Source of the DNA: Octopus bimaculoides
Lineage: Eukaryota
Direction: 5' to 3'
Length of the DNA: 64,000 nucleotides
NCBI RefSeq assembly: GCF_001194135.2
Contig: NC_068982.1
Location: 151,677,633 to 151,741,632, forward strand
Shown here: positions 12,283 through 24,060 of the stretch, piece after piece
Layout of the letters: each line of letters starts with the position of its first letter
Position numbering within the stretch: position 1 is the first letter of the stretch
Program-made: the position numbers and the translations under genes
The notes under the pieces: generated by a model
Told to the model about the DNA's origin: nothing
Databases searched by the model: none
What the model saw: the letters and a program-made list of their open reading frames with translations, nothing else

Positions 12283-13833
12283 TGGTCGGTGAAGCAACAA
12301 CCTCAGAAAAGCACCATTAAAAGAACGAACTTAGCACCTGAGCAACTCTGGACCCCTATAACAACTGAAGAGGTCACCCAGGTACTGCAAAGACTAAGCA
12401 ACTGGAAGGCACCTGGGCACGAGAAGATCCCCAACTTCTGGTTAAAATACCTGACAGGAATGCACAAAAAGCTGGCTGAAAACTTTAACAACATACTAGC
12501 AGAGCCAAAGACAATGCCTGAATGGCTCACGAAAGGAAAAACCATCTTAATTCCCAAATCCACGGAAACGGAGAAACCACAAAACTACAAACCTATAACC
12601 TGTCTCCCTACAATCTACAAAGCCTTTACTGCAAGAATATCGCAGAGATTGAGTANNNNNNNNNNNNNNNNNNNNNNNNNNNNNNNNNNNNNNNNNNNNN
12701 NNNNNNNNNNNNNNNNNNNNNNNNNNNNNNNNNNNNNNNNNNNNNNNNNNNNNNNNNNNNNNNNNNNNNNNNNNNNNNNNNNNNNNNNNNNNNNNNNNNN
12801 NNNNNNNNNNNNNNNNNNNNNNNNNNNNNNNNNNNNNNNNNNNNNNNNNNNNNNNNNNNNNNNNNNNNNNNNNNNNNNNNNNNNNNNNNNNNNNNNNNNN
12901 NNNNNNNNNNNNNNNNNNNNNNNNNNNNNNNNNNNNNNNNNNNNNNNNNNNNNNNNNNNNNNNNNNNNNNNNNNNNNNNNNNNNNNNNNNNNNNNNNNNN
13001 NNNNNNNNNNNNNNNNNNNNNNNNNNNNNNNNNNNNNNNNNNNNNNNNGAAAAATGTGCCAAAGTAACTCTGAAAAGAGGAAAACTAGTTAAGAGTAGCA
13101 ACATCAAACTAGATAAAGCCAATGAAATAAGAGAATTAGACGAAAGCCAGCCATACAAATATTTAGGAATCAATGAACTAGATAGGATACAACACATACA
13201 AATGAAAGAGAAAATAAAGAAAGAGTACTATAGACGAGTTAGATCAATACTAAAAACAGAGCTCAATGCTAAAAACAAGATAATAGGTATTAACACTTTA
13301 GCCGCCCAATTATAAGTTACAGCTACAATATCCTTAACTGGACACTAAACGAACTATCTAAAATAGACAGGAAAACAAGAAAAATAATGACAGGATCTAG
13401 AATACACCACCCAAAATCTGACATAGAAAGGCTATATATATACAACGTACAGAATGTGGTAGGGGTCTTATAAGTAAATATAAGTACATGAAAATTGAAA
13501 TAGAAAAGATGTGGCACCTTGAAACGTGAACTGTTCCTGTTATTGTTGGTGCACTAGGTATGATAAAAAAGGAATGTCAGAAAATTCTAGATAATATCCC
13601 AGAGGAAGCATGACTCAGAAATATCCAAAAGATTGTGCTGAGAAGTATTGCCCACATGCTTAGAAAAACCCTATCAATTTAAATGTCTGTGTTGTATTAC
13701 TCGAAGATATTTCATTACCTCCCGTCCCCTAGCTTTTAGTCATACTATAACATGTCTTATCCTTCACTCACCCCAGAACACTGAGTGTGTCCCGGCAAGT
13801 GACTGTAAGAAATATGCAGATTAAAAGTTAAAT

Positions 13834-13835
<2 letters not shown>
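12283..13835 (+). mobile_element. R4/Dong-clade LINE, second lineage: RT N-terminus, gap, thumb, deletion to the RLE C-terminus, 3' UTR
   Basis: NWKAPGHEKIPNFWLK...WLTKGKTILIPK...NYKPITCLPTIYK; YKYLGI; KEYYRRVRSILKTELNAKNKI; VPVIVGALG; (TAA)n on both sides. Confidence 0.88.
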
Positions 13836-13892
<57 letters not shown>

Positions 13893-13906
13893 TAATAATA
13901 ATAATA

Positions 13907-14123
13907 ATCCTTTCTACTACAGGCACAAGAGCTGAAATTTGCGACCAGAGAACTAGTCGATTGCATCGACCCCTAGTGTTTGACTAGTACTTAATTTATC
14001 GAGCCACCCAAAAGATGAAAGGCAAAGTTGACATCGGCAGAATTTGAATTCAGAACGTAGCGACGGGCGAAATACCATTAAGCATTTCGTTTAGCGTGCT
14101 AACGATTCTTCCAGCTCACCGCC

Positions 14124-14125
<2 letters not shown>
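13907..14125 (-). mobile_element. SINE family A, full length
   Basis: A/B boxes and core on the minus strand, ending GTAGAAAGGATTATTA; TAA repeats on both sides. Confidence 0.88.
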
Positions 14126-14179
<54 letters not shown>

Positions 14180-14197
14180 GATAACAACAATAATAAT

Positions 14198-14828
14198 GTG
14201 GGAAGATGGTCGAAAGCGTGACTCATTGTTAGTGCTTGTGAAAGTCTTGTGCAGAAAGAGTACAAGCGCAGGTATGACAAGATAGCCCACAGCCTTCACT
14301 GTCTATTATGCCGGAGGTATGGAAATGAGATAACGGGTGCTTGGTTTCAAGATACACCGGAAAAGGTAATGGATGAGAACTGGAAAGCAAAGATCTTTTG
14401 GGACTTTGACTTTCAGACAGACAAAGTATTGGAGCACCGACGGCCGGATATAGTGAACTTAGAAGGACAAACAATGGTGCCTAATAATCGACTTGGCAGT
14501 ACCAGGAGATCAACATATAATCATGAAAGAGAAAAGGTTGAAAAATATGGAGACCTGAGAATCGAGAACACCAAACATAAAGGTTGTTCCTGTTGTCATC
14601 GAAGCATTAGTTTCAGTATCACCCAACCTGAAGCAACATCTGGATATTTTACAAAAAACCTCAAATCTAGGTGTATTGCAAATATCGGCTGTGCTTGGAA
14701 CTACACATACACGGTGTAAAGTACTTTCTGTCTGAGGCTCTTGTCACTTGACAGACTGTACACATCCCCGGTACACACAATATCTTTAATCTGCAACATC
14801 TTAATATTGGATATTGTGCGACGTCTTC
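14198..14828 (+). mobile_element. R4/Dong-clade LINE 3' fragment, third lineage
   Basis: QKEYKRRYDKIAHSLH...IFWDFDFQTDKVLEHRRPDIV...EKVEKYGDL; (TAA)n on both sides. Confidence 0.85.
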
Positions 14829-14874
<46 letters not shown>

Positions 14875-14876
<2 letters not shown>

Positions 14877-15087
14877 CCTTTCTACTATATACACAAGGCC
14901 TGGATTTTGGGGAAGGGGATAGTCGATTACATCCACCCCATTGTTTCACTGGTACTTAATTTATCGACCCCAAAAGGATGAAAGGCAAAGTCGAACTCGG
15001 CGGAATTTGAACTCAGAACGTAGCGACGGTCGAAATACCGCTAAGCATTACGTCCAGCGCACTAATGATTCTGCCAACTTACCGCCT

Positions 15088-15089
<2 letters not shown>
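14875..15089 (-). mobile_element. SINE family A, full length
   Basis: Same consensus as 13907-14125; TAA-flanked. Confidence 0.9.
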
Positions 15090-15142
<53 letters not shown>

Positions 15143-15165
15143 CAACAACAACAATAATAATAATA

Positions 15166-15381
15166 ATCCTTTCAACTGGAAGCAAAAGGCCTCAAATTAG
15201 CGGAAGGGATTAAGTGGATTACGTCGACCCCAGAATGTAACTGGTACTAATTTTATCGAATCCGAAAGGACGAAAGGCAAAGTCGACATCGGCGGAATTT
15301 GAACTTAGAACATAGCGACGGGCGAAATACCGTTAGGCATTTCAGTTAGCGTGCTAACGGTTCTGCCAGCTCACCGCATTT
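15166..15381 (-). mobile_element. SINE family A, full length
   Basis: Same consensus; TAA tract on the left. Confidence 0.9.
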
Positions 15382-15382
15382 A

Positions 15383-15952
15383 AATGCCTTGATGCAGTAC
15401 CATGTAGCGTCTCTCGTGGCTTCTGACCTTAACTGATTGGAAGTGTTATGTACTTTGTCTTGTCTTGGTATAAAAACATGGGCTACAGCAAATATTCTGC
15501 TCAATACCATAGATTTGCTTGTCAGTTACTTGACCTTAACCAGTTGAGTATGTCCCTTAGAAGCTGACGATATGTGCATTTCTGATCACGAGTAGAAGCA
15601 GTGGGGGAGTAACATAGCCATGTTTTGAGAAGAATTGTTTGAGGTTTGGACAATTCACCTTCGGAAACATGGGTGGTTTGTTCAACATCGTTAAACAACC
15701 CTTATTCAAGGACCTTCTGAGCGGGATGGGCTACTCTATCTGAAGAAAACTCTAACTGAGCCCCACCTGCAAGATTATGTGCTGTTCATCTTGATATGAG
15801 ATCACTATCTCGCGCACATATGGTTGTGATACATGTGTCTGATATACCCGTATCAGACGGGTAGGCATGATGGGTATACTGGGTTTCGTATATTCTACTC
15901 CAGTGTCACTTTGAGGGCATGCACTGCTCTCTCACTCAATAATAATAATAAT
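15383..15952 (+). mobile_element. Non-coding ~570 bp retroposon ('element B') with an (AAT)n tail; LINE 3' UTR or SINE-like
   Basis: Colinear with 58318-58925 from GCAGTACCA to CACTGCTCTCTCACTC, then (AAT)n. Confidence 0.75.
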
Positions 15953-15990
15953 TTTAAAAGGATTGACGTAACTCCTCACAAAGGTAAATA

Positions 15991-16319
15991 GACAATGCAA
16001 AGAGCGCGATGCGATTGCAACAGATATTTTATTGGTTTGGACGATATTTTGACAACCTGCCTGTCTTTTTCGAGTTCAAAGTGAAAATTGATACATAAAA
16101 ATTCAAAATTATAGAATTTTAAATTCAAGACTGATGATGTCATTCCATCAACGTGGGAACGCAGGTTGCCTTCGTTCAAATTTTTGAATTTGAATTTCTA
16201 TAATTTTGAATTTCTGTGCATCACTTTTCATTCTGAACTCGACAGACAGGCAAGCTGTCGAAATATCGCTCAGCGCAATACAATATCTATTGCAATCGCA
16301 CCGCGCTATTCGTATTGTA
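15991..16319. mobile_element. Palindromic MITE/foldback (~135 bp imperfect arms, ~55 bp spacer)
   Basis: The left arm acaatgcaaagagcgcgatgcgattgcaacagatat...aattcaa is the reverse complement, with scattered mismatches, of ttgaatt...atatctattgcaatcgcaccgcgctattcgtattgt. Confidence 0.8.
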
Positions 16320-16371
16320 TAATAATAGTAATGTTAACAATAACAATAACATTAATAACAATAACAACAAC

Positions 16372-16680
16372 GTTTGTCACAAAATTTCGGCACAAGACTA
16401 ATTTGAGTGGGAGCGGCCGAGTCGATTACATGACTGATACTTATTCTATTGACCTCGAAAAGATGAAGGGCAAAGCTGACTTCGGTTAAATTGTTACATA
16501 TTTTGGCACCAGGCCAGATATTTTGAGTAGAGGTTTAAGTCGATTACATTGATCCCAATAAAATGCAAGACAAAGTTGAGTTCAGAGAAATTTGAACTCA
16601 GGAGATTCATGCTAAGAACAAATATTGCAAGTAAATGTTTTCAGTGCTATAAACTTTCTGTCAGCTCGTTCGTAATCGCC
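16372..16680 (-). mobile_element. Two degraded SINE family A fragments
   Basis: gtcgattacat / aagatgaagggcaaagctgac / aatttgaactcag remnants. Confidence 0.55.
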
Positions 16681-17226
16681 ATCCTCATTGTCCAACCACG
16701 AGCAACATTGGTATCCACACTATTACGACTACCTTCTCTACCTAATTCCTTGTGTTTCATCCATCCACTCCTTTCCTGTATCTTTCTCATCGCCGTCGTC
16801 GTTGCCCCTTCCTCCTCTTCCTCCTTTTCCTCCTCCTCATCATGATAATCATCAGGATCATCATCATCATCATCATCAACATCATTATCGTCCTTAGACC
16901 AAAAATCACTCCTATTGCCATGACCCAACAAAGTTGATGATGATGAGCATAATTTTATTGATGATGATGTTGATGTTGGTGATGGGGGTGATAGTGGTGG
17001 AGGTAGTGCTGGTCGGGATAATGGTGGCCGTGGTCGTGATGGAGGTTGTTGCGATGGTGATGGAGAAGATAATGATGATAATCGTGATAGTGAAAAAGTT
17101 GATCTACATCATCATAAAATTTACAAAAGGGGAGTAAACAGCTTTAGTGGCAGTAGTAGCAGTAGCAGCGGCAGGAGTAGTTGTATCAACAACAGATGCA
17201 GCAGCAGCAGTAGCAGCAGTAGCAAC

Positions 17227-17269
<43 letters not shown>

Positions 17270-17709
17270 CAGTTCTTGTTGCTCTTGTTGGTGTTGTTAT
17301 TTCTCATGTTGTAGTTTTTGGTAGATGCAGTAGACAATATGAAAGATGTTGGTACCGAAAGAAGAAAGTAAATGTAACGATAGGATTGGTGGAGGAATGT
17401 GTAGAAATGTATGCAGAAGTGGACGAAACCTCCAATTAAGTAAAGTTGCAAGTTTCTTTTCCAGGCACATGTAGCTCAATAAATATCACTAACAAAAGAG
17501 TCTCACCCGAACACTACTATTACCGCCAACATCGACCCCACGAGCACCACCATCAAATTTAGCAGAATGTTCATCACTAAAACCATCGTATAGAACTTTA
17601 TTGCTAAGTTCAAAGAAGTGTATTTAAACTAGAACGTAGAGCAGTAAAGCACATACAAATTAATACAAATAAATCATTAAATATACAAGAAATCCAAATT
17701 TAGAATATA

Positions 17710-17752
<43 letters not shown>

Positions 17753-18548
17753 NNNNNNNNNNNNNNNNNNNNNNNNNNNNNNNNNNNNNNNNNNNNNNNN
17801 NNNNNNNNNNNNNNNNNNNNNNNNNNNNNNNNNNNNNNNNNNNNNNNNNNNNNNNNNNNNNNNNNNNNNNNNNNNNNNNNNNNNNNNNNNNNNNNNNNNN
17901 NNNNNNNNNNNNNNNNNNNNNNNNNNNNNNNNNNNNNNNNNNNNNNNNNNNNNNNNNNNNNNNNNNNNNNNNNNNNNNNNNNNNNNNNNNNNNNNNNNNN
18001 NNNNNNNNNNNNNNNNNNNNNNNNNNNNNNNNNNNNNNNNNNNNNNNNNNNNNNNNNNNNNNNNNNNNNNNNNNNNNNNNNNNNNNNNNNNNNNNNNNNN
18101 NNNNNNNNNNNNNNNNNNNNNNNNNNNNNNNNNNNNNNNNNNNNNNNNNNNNNNNNNNNNNNNNNNNNNNNNNNNNNNNNNNNNNNNNNNNNNNNNNNNN
18201 NNNNNNNNNNNNNNNNNNNNNNNNNNNNNNNNNNNNNNNNNNNNNNNNNNNNNNNNNNNNNNNNNNNNNNNNNNNNNNNNNNNNNNNNNNNNNNNNNNNN
18301 NNNNNNNNNNNNNNNNNNNNNNNNNNNNNNNNNNNNNNNNNNNNNNNNNNNNNNNNNNNNNNNNNNNNNNNNNNNNNNNNNNNNNNNNNNNNNNNNNNNN
18401 NNNNNNNNNNNNNNNNNNNNNNNNNNNNNNNNNNNNNNNNNNNNNNNNNNNNNNNNNNNNNNNNNNNNNNNNNNNNNNNNNNNNNNNNNNNNNNNNNNNN
18501 NNNNNNNNNNNNNNNNNNNNNNNNNNNNNNNNNNNNNNNNNNNNNNNN

Positions 18549-18598
<50 letters not shown>

Positions 18599-19098
18599 TT
18601 ATACACATTCTAACAGGCGCACACACATGCACACAAACACACATGCTCTAAACTTGTTTACTTAATGACTTATTTGTCCGAATCAGTTCGTACGATACTG
18701 ATCTCCAATCTAGCTTAAATACCTTCTTTGAACTTAGTAATAAATTACAGTATGATACTAATACTCGGATGCATACCCACAAGTAGACGAGCGCGCGTGC
18801 ACGCACACAGACAAGCACACACACACACACACACTAACGCACCATATATGTAAATGTTTTTTTTTTGTTAAGAGGTCAGGAAGCGTAGCGATTCTGTTAC
18901 TGGTGAGAAGGGAGTTACGTAGGAATGTACCTCCGAACCAGAAAGCTTGCTCGAATGTTTACAGTAGAGAGGACTCTACTATAGGCACTCGAGATGCCGG
19001 GTGATGGTTTTAATCAAGTCGATAAATTAAGTTTACTACCCAATGTACCCACAGACAGAAAACGAAAGAAAACGAGATAGATACATATACATATATAC

Positions 19099-19382
19099 AA
19101 GTGCGGAAACCCCCTTCGGTTATGACTAACCATGGGATTGCACCTAGGAAGTTACCCTCCAAAGCACAAGTTCGTGCAAAGTTGTTTATGGAAGACCACC
19201 AGTCACCCATGCATGCCGGCCTCCCCTCCACGCCACCGGTGTTATCCAAGGGAACAGCAAAGGCCGATACAGCTTCGCACCTGTGACGTTGCAATTCATT
19301 TCTACATCTGAGTAAACTGGAGCAACGTGAAATAAAGTGTCTTGCTCAAGAACACAACACGCAGCCCGGTCCGGGATTCGAA
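19099..19382 (-). mobile_element. tRNA-derived SINE, family C, truncated at the B-box
   Basis: Minus strand: TTCGAATCCCGGACCGGGCTGCGTGTTGTGTTCTTGAGCAAGACACTTTATTTCACGTTGCTCCAGT..., a typical post-tRNA SINE segment. Confidence 0.7.
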
Positions 19383-19464
19383 AGGAAAGAGTTGTCAACG
19401 TTTCGAGGATAGCTCTTCTTCGGAAAGAGGAGGGAAAATAAGGAAGAATCGCCAACAATATTTA

Positions 19465-20584
19465 CAGGGTGCGGTGAATAAATTGTCTTCTAAATTGCGC
19501 AAAAATGAAAATAACACTGGCATCTCATTTTAACAGATATATTTACCAAAATTTCATAAAAATATCTTGAAATACTAAAAAGTAAATTTATTCAATAAAA
19601 TCACTATTGACTGCAACCACGACCTCCAGACGACTTCGGAATCTCCTGCAACTCTTCTGGACGGTCTCCTTGTTTAAGTTGGTGAATGCTGCCATAATCC
19701 TTGCCTTTAGTTCATCTTTGATGTTACAAAGAGTTTTGTTGGTCTCTCGCCCAACTGTGCACCACATATAATAATCAAGGGGTTGCAATCTGGGGAGTAA
19801 GGTGGCCAGATGTTAGGGGTGACGTGGTCGCATAAATTGTCTCACAGCCATAATGGGTTGTCTTGCTTGTGTGGCATGGCGCAGAGTCCTGTTGCCAGAC
19901 ATAGGGTCTTCCAGCAGCCATCCTCTCGACCCAGGTTAGCACTACCTTCGCCAGTCACTTTATGTAAGCCTCCGTGTTTATTGTAAGGCCGTGTGGGAAG
20001 ATGAATGGAGGCATAACGTCGCCATCACTAGTGATCACTCCAAACACCATGATGTTGACTTAATGTCTGATTTTTATCACTCTCAGTACATGTTTTCAGG
20101 ATACGGCAAGCGAAGAGTTGTTTCCATGTAAAAAACCAAAGCATGTTCAGTTGGAGGGGATGCTTGAGTTTGTTCAAAAGCTTCGAAGCGCTGTCTTTCC
20201 TTGATGGCTTGAGATGTCCCTGGTGATGGACCTCATTGACTTGGAGGGATCGTTATCGATCATGACCTTGATCTCACCAACCAGTTCAGGAGTTCTTTTT
20301 TTATCAGAACGATCGGAGTGAGTTATCCGAGCTGCCGTACCTTCGTAATCACCATTCGAATTCGACTCATCCAACTCTGCACTGACATCAGACTGACACC
20401 AAACACTCTGAAATGTTCCAATTGGAGTTTCCGGCGAGAATATCATGCAGCACAGCATACCATTTCCAAATTTCTGATTGAGTGAATTGCATCATGGTGC
20501 TGTTTTTCTCACAGACAATACCCAACTGACCCTACTTTACTGTGTAGTCGACAAAATCAACAGCAATTTACCCATCGCACCCTG
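19465..20584 (-). mobile_element. IS630-Tc1-mariner DNA transposon of maT/Bmmar1 (DD37D-like) type, internally deleted, both TIRs present
   Basis: TIRs CAGGGTGCGGTGAATAAATTG / CAGGGTGCGATGGGTAAATTG, TA on both flanks; transposase motifs VITSDGDVMPPFIFPHGL, WQQDSAPCH, SPDCNPLDYYMW. Confidence 0.85.
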
Positions 20585-20903
20585 TATGTATGTATGTATG
20601 TATGTATGTATGTATGTATGTATGTCTGCATGTATGTATGTGCGTATATATATATATATATATATACATACGTGCACACAGGTACATAAAACACATCTAT
20701 CTACCTAATTATTTGTAGGATTCGTTTGAATCAAGGTATTTTAATATTCAGGGCAGAAAGCGTGGGTATCTTCACATCCTGGTACATACCATATACAAAA
20801 ACATCCAGACATACCCGTGCATATATGGACATATACTTAAACACGCACGCACGCGCACACACACACATTGTACATTTATATATATACATATGCATTTGTG
20901 TGT

Positions 20904-20939
<36 letters not shown>

Positions 20940-20949
20940 TGATTATCAA

Positions 20950-21229
20950 GTCGCATGGTTTAGTGGTTAAGGTGTTACACTCACGATTGCGAGATGGTGG
21001 GTTCGATTCCCAGACCAGACGTTGCATTGTGTTCTTGAGCCTAGCACTTCATTTTCACGTTGCTCTGCGATCATTTCGACATGTGGTATCCGTTGCACCT
21101 TACAGGTAATGTCGATCTGATAGAGGGAGTGAGCTTATGTATACACCAACATTTTTTTCATTATAAACAAATCTTCTGTGTGGTTGTTCGGTGAGAAATT
21201 GCGGAACCCTCATACGTCGTCTAACGATG
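20950..21229 (+). mobile_element. tRNA-derived SINE (family C-related head)
   Basis: A-box TGGTTTAGTGG, B-box GGTTCGATTCC, then TTGTGTTCTTGAGC..GCACTT. Confidence 0.75.
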
Positions 21230-21443
21230 ATCCATGCTTCTTGCACCGCGTGTTTTACTTGTCTAAATTCATAAATTATTTATTTGAATACTTCTCCCTC
21301 ACCTTCCTCGTCCTGTGTATTTTTAACTACTACATAGATAGATAGATACATACATACCTATATTCACACGCACTCACATCTTTACGTGTGTGAGTATATA
21401 AGTGTCTGTGTGTGTGTATAGGTATGTATGTATGTATGTATGC

Positions 21444-21490
<47 letters not shown>

Positions 21491-21617
21491 AATCAATCTA
21501 TCTATCTATCTGTATAGTAGTTCAAAACACACAGGGCGTGGAAAGTGAGGGGGAAGTATTCAAATAAATAATTTATGAATTTAGACACGTAAAACACACA
21601 GTGCAAGAAGCATGGAT
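21230..21617. repeat. Long foldback inverted repeat (~120 bp arms plus mirrored internal microsatellites)
   Basis: atccatgcttcttgcaccgcgtgttttacttgtctaaattcataaattatttatttgaatacttc... versus ...gaagtattcaaataaataatttatgaatttagacacgtaaaacacacagtgcaagaagcatggat. Confidence 0.9.
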
Positions 21618-22830
21618 ATATGTAACGAAGCTGCACGGAACTCAACTTCAGTACAAGGAAAACATATGTACCGATGATATGAATAGAAGAGAAATCGATA
21701 ACAATACTATATCGAGGACAGTATTTAATGTGTCGATTCACAGGACAAACGCTGTAAGATATCGTGTCCAACTCTATTTTTCTCGGCAGAAATTCATACA
21801 ATTCCTAAACATAAAACGCCATGAGTGTGTTTCTTTTATGGAAACCAAACATGGAAAATCAAAGGAACGTATTACATCAACATAGAATGTTTGCTCTGAA
21901 ATGGACAAAAAAGGGAACAAGAGTGTAAGGTCAATCTGAAATCCCACTAGATTCTGGTTTCCCTTAACTCTCTAGAGAATTATTGTCTCCAATATACGAG
22001 AGATTCAATGAGACCATACTCCCCACTTTCAGTAAACGCAGCTTTTTTATTCTTTTTCTTGCTTATCACTATCTCCGGCAGTTTGCGATAGTATTTGCTT
22101 TTTCCCATCCTTTTCATTGTTATAAGACTATGGTGCTTCTGGTTATGGCTAGAAGATCAAATTCTTAGGCCTCCTCATTGGCTCTGGGAACCGAAAAAGA
22201 GGCGATTTCTTTTGTTGCTTCCGGAGATGCAGCTGGTGGAAACTTAAGGATAGTAATAATTTTGGCCCATTATAACTTTCTTTAAAATTTAAGCCGTTTC
22301 AGCTCTTGTAGGTACAAATGACCTTAAACAATCTTTACTGCAAAATGTATAGCAGCTGAACTCTCCACTCTGAGTGAGTAGTTATGAAGCATTTCTTAGA
22401 GCACCTGAGCTAGGATACAGCGACGTGATAATTTTCCGGTTTGAGGGTCATGAGTGCTTATTCCGTGCACTGGCGTGGGTTTCCACCAGTTGCACTTTGG
22501 AAAACAGAAGGAAAGTTCCATGGATACGCTTACTTACTTCTCTCTCACGCCTATGGGATATGATGTAACAGAGTACCTTTCTTTTCAGATGATGGTAGTG
22601 TACGGTAATTTTTAATCCAAACGTTCTAATTCCAAAATTTGTGCTTCTAGTCATGATTGTAAAAGACAATACTTCACTGAAATTTCTAACAAAAATTTCG
22701 TTTGACAAAGTTTATATGTGTGTGTTTGTGTGTATACTTGTTTTTATTTTTGCAAATGCATCGCAAGACTTATCTCGACTGTAATAACAACCTTGGCATT
22801 TTATTTATACATACCTAATTAATATTATTT

Positions 22831-23156
22831 GTGAGCTGGCAGACTCGTTAACACTTTGGACGGGAAGCCTTGCTATATTTCTTGCGGCATTTTACATTCT
22901 AAGTTCAAATTTGGCGCACGTCGACATTGCTTTTCATCCTTTCTGAGTCGATGAAGTAATTCCTGGGGTCGATGTAATCAACCTTCACGCACATCAAAAT
23001 TGCGTTAGTTAGAAAAACTACTTCAAATTCTTTCGAAGTCCACTTTGCTTTCCATCCTTTCAGGGTCGATGAAATAAGTGCTAGTTGAGTACAGGAGTCG
23101 ATGTAATCGACTGAACCCGTCACTTGAAGTTGCTGGACTTGTGCCAAAGTTGAAAC

Positions 23157-23158
<2 letters not shown>
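22831..23158 (+). mobile_element. Two SINE family A copies (one with a head, one 5'-truncated) ending in (TTA)n
   Basis: GTGAGCTGGCAGACTCGTT head, GTTCAAATT B-box; second core ends GAAACCATTATTATT. Confidence 0.75.
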
Positions 23159-23195
<37 letters not shown>

Positions 23196-23214
23196 CATTA
23201 TTACTATTGTTATT

Positions 23215-23664
23215 TGATGAAAACTCACAGCTTGTTTTGATGGGTATGATGGAAAATGTCGGCTGCCCACAGCCAGCAGACTAAGGTGACACCTGTTTAT
23301 TGATCATGCTTCAAGAACTATGCAAAGAATTCTTGCAGTTCCAAACAATGCTGATTTTTGTAGGTGATCTACCGTTATATTTGTAGAAATCTTTTTCAAC
23401 CATGTTGGCAGTTGAGTGCTGATACTTCTAAGTGCGCCAATTTCTATTCGTGCCACGTCTACTCTCCTCGTTGACCGCAACCTTTGATCCTGTTGTCACC
23501 GGGACATGCTATGTCAGTTATCATGCATGTTCTTTCTCTTTATTTATCACCACGACAACGTCCAGTTTCCGATTCTGGGCAGGTGACAGCACTAAGTCAT
23601 TGTATCACAGGATTTTGGGGTTGGCTCATGCCACATCTTTGGTCTTTGTGGGCCGTGATTTCCA

Positions 23665-23665
<1 letters not shown>
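23215..23665 (-). mobile_element. R4/Dong-clade LINE 3' fragment, fourth lineage
   Basis: Minus strand: DIACPGD...EIGALRSISTQLPTWLKKISTNITVDHLQKSALFGTARILCIVLEA*; (TAA)n on both sides in its own sense. Confidence 0.8.
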
Positions 23666-23701
<36 letters not shown>

Positions 23702-23726
23702 GTTGTTGTTGTTGTTGTTGTTGTTG

Positions 23727-23951
23727 AGGCGGTGAGTTGGCAGAAACGTTAACACGCCGGGCAAAATATGTAGTGCCATTTCGTCCGTCCTTACGTTCTG
23801 ATTACGGAGTTCAAATTCCGCCAAGATCAACTTTGTCTTTCATTCTTTCAGGGTCGATAAATTAAGTACCAGTGAAACACTGAGGTTGATGTAATCAACT
23901 AGTCCCCCTCCTACCAAAATGTCCAGGCTTCGTACCTTTAGTAGGCAGGAT
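23727..23951 (+). mobile_element. SINE family A, full length
   Basis: GGCGGTGAGTTGGCAGAAACGTT head, GGAGTTCAAATTCC B-box, (TTA)n tail. Confidence 0.9.
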
Positions 23952-23974
23952 CATTATTATTGTTGTTGTTGTTG

Positions 23975-24018
<44 letters not shown>

Positions 24019-24060
24019 CATTATCATCATTATCATTATCATTATTATTTTCATTATTAT

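Noticed and set aside
20950-21025. tRNA-like sequence (also other SINE heads)
   Set aside because: A and B boxes continue into a SINE body with no acceptor stem or terminator; not a tRNA gene
21620-22700. Possible degraded RT-like sequence on the minus strand
   Set aside because: Only scattered resemblance across many stops; cannot be assigned without a profile search
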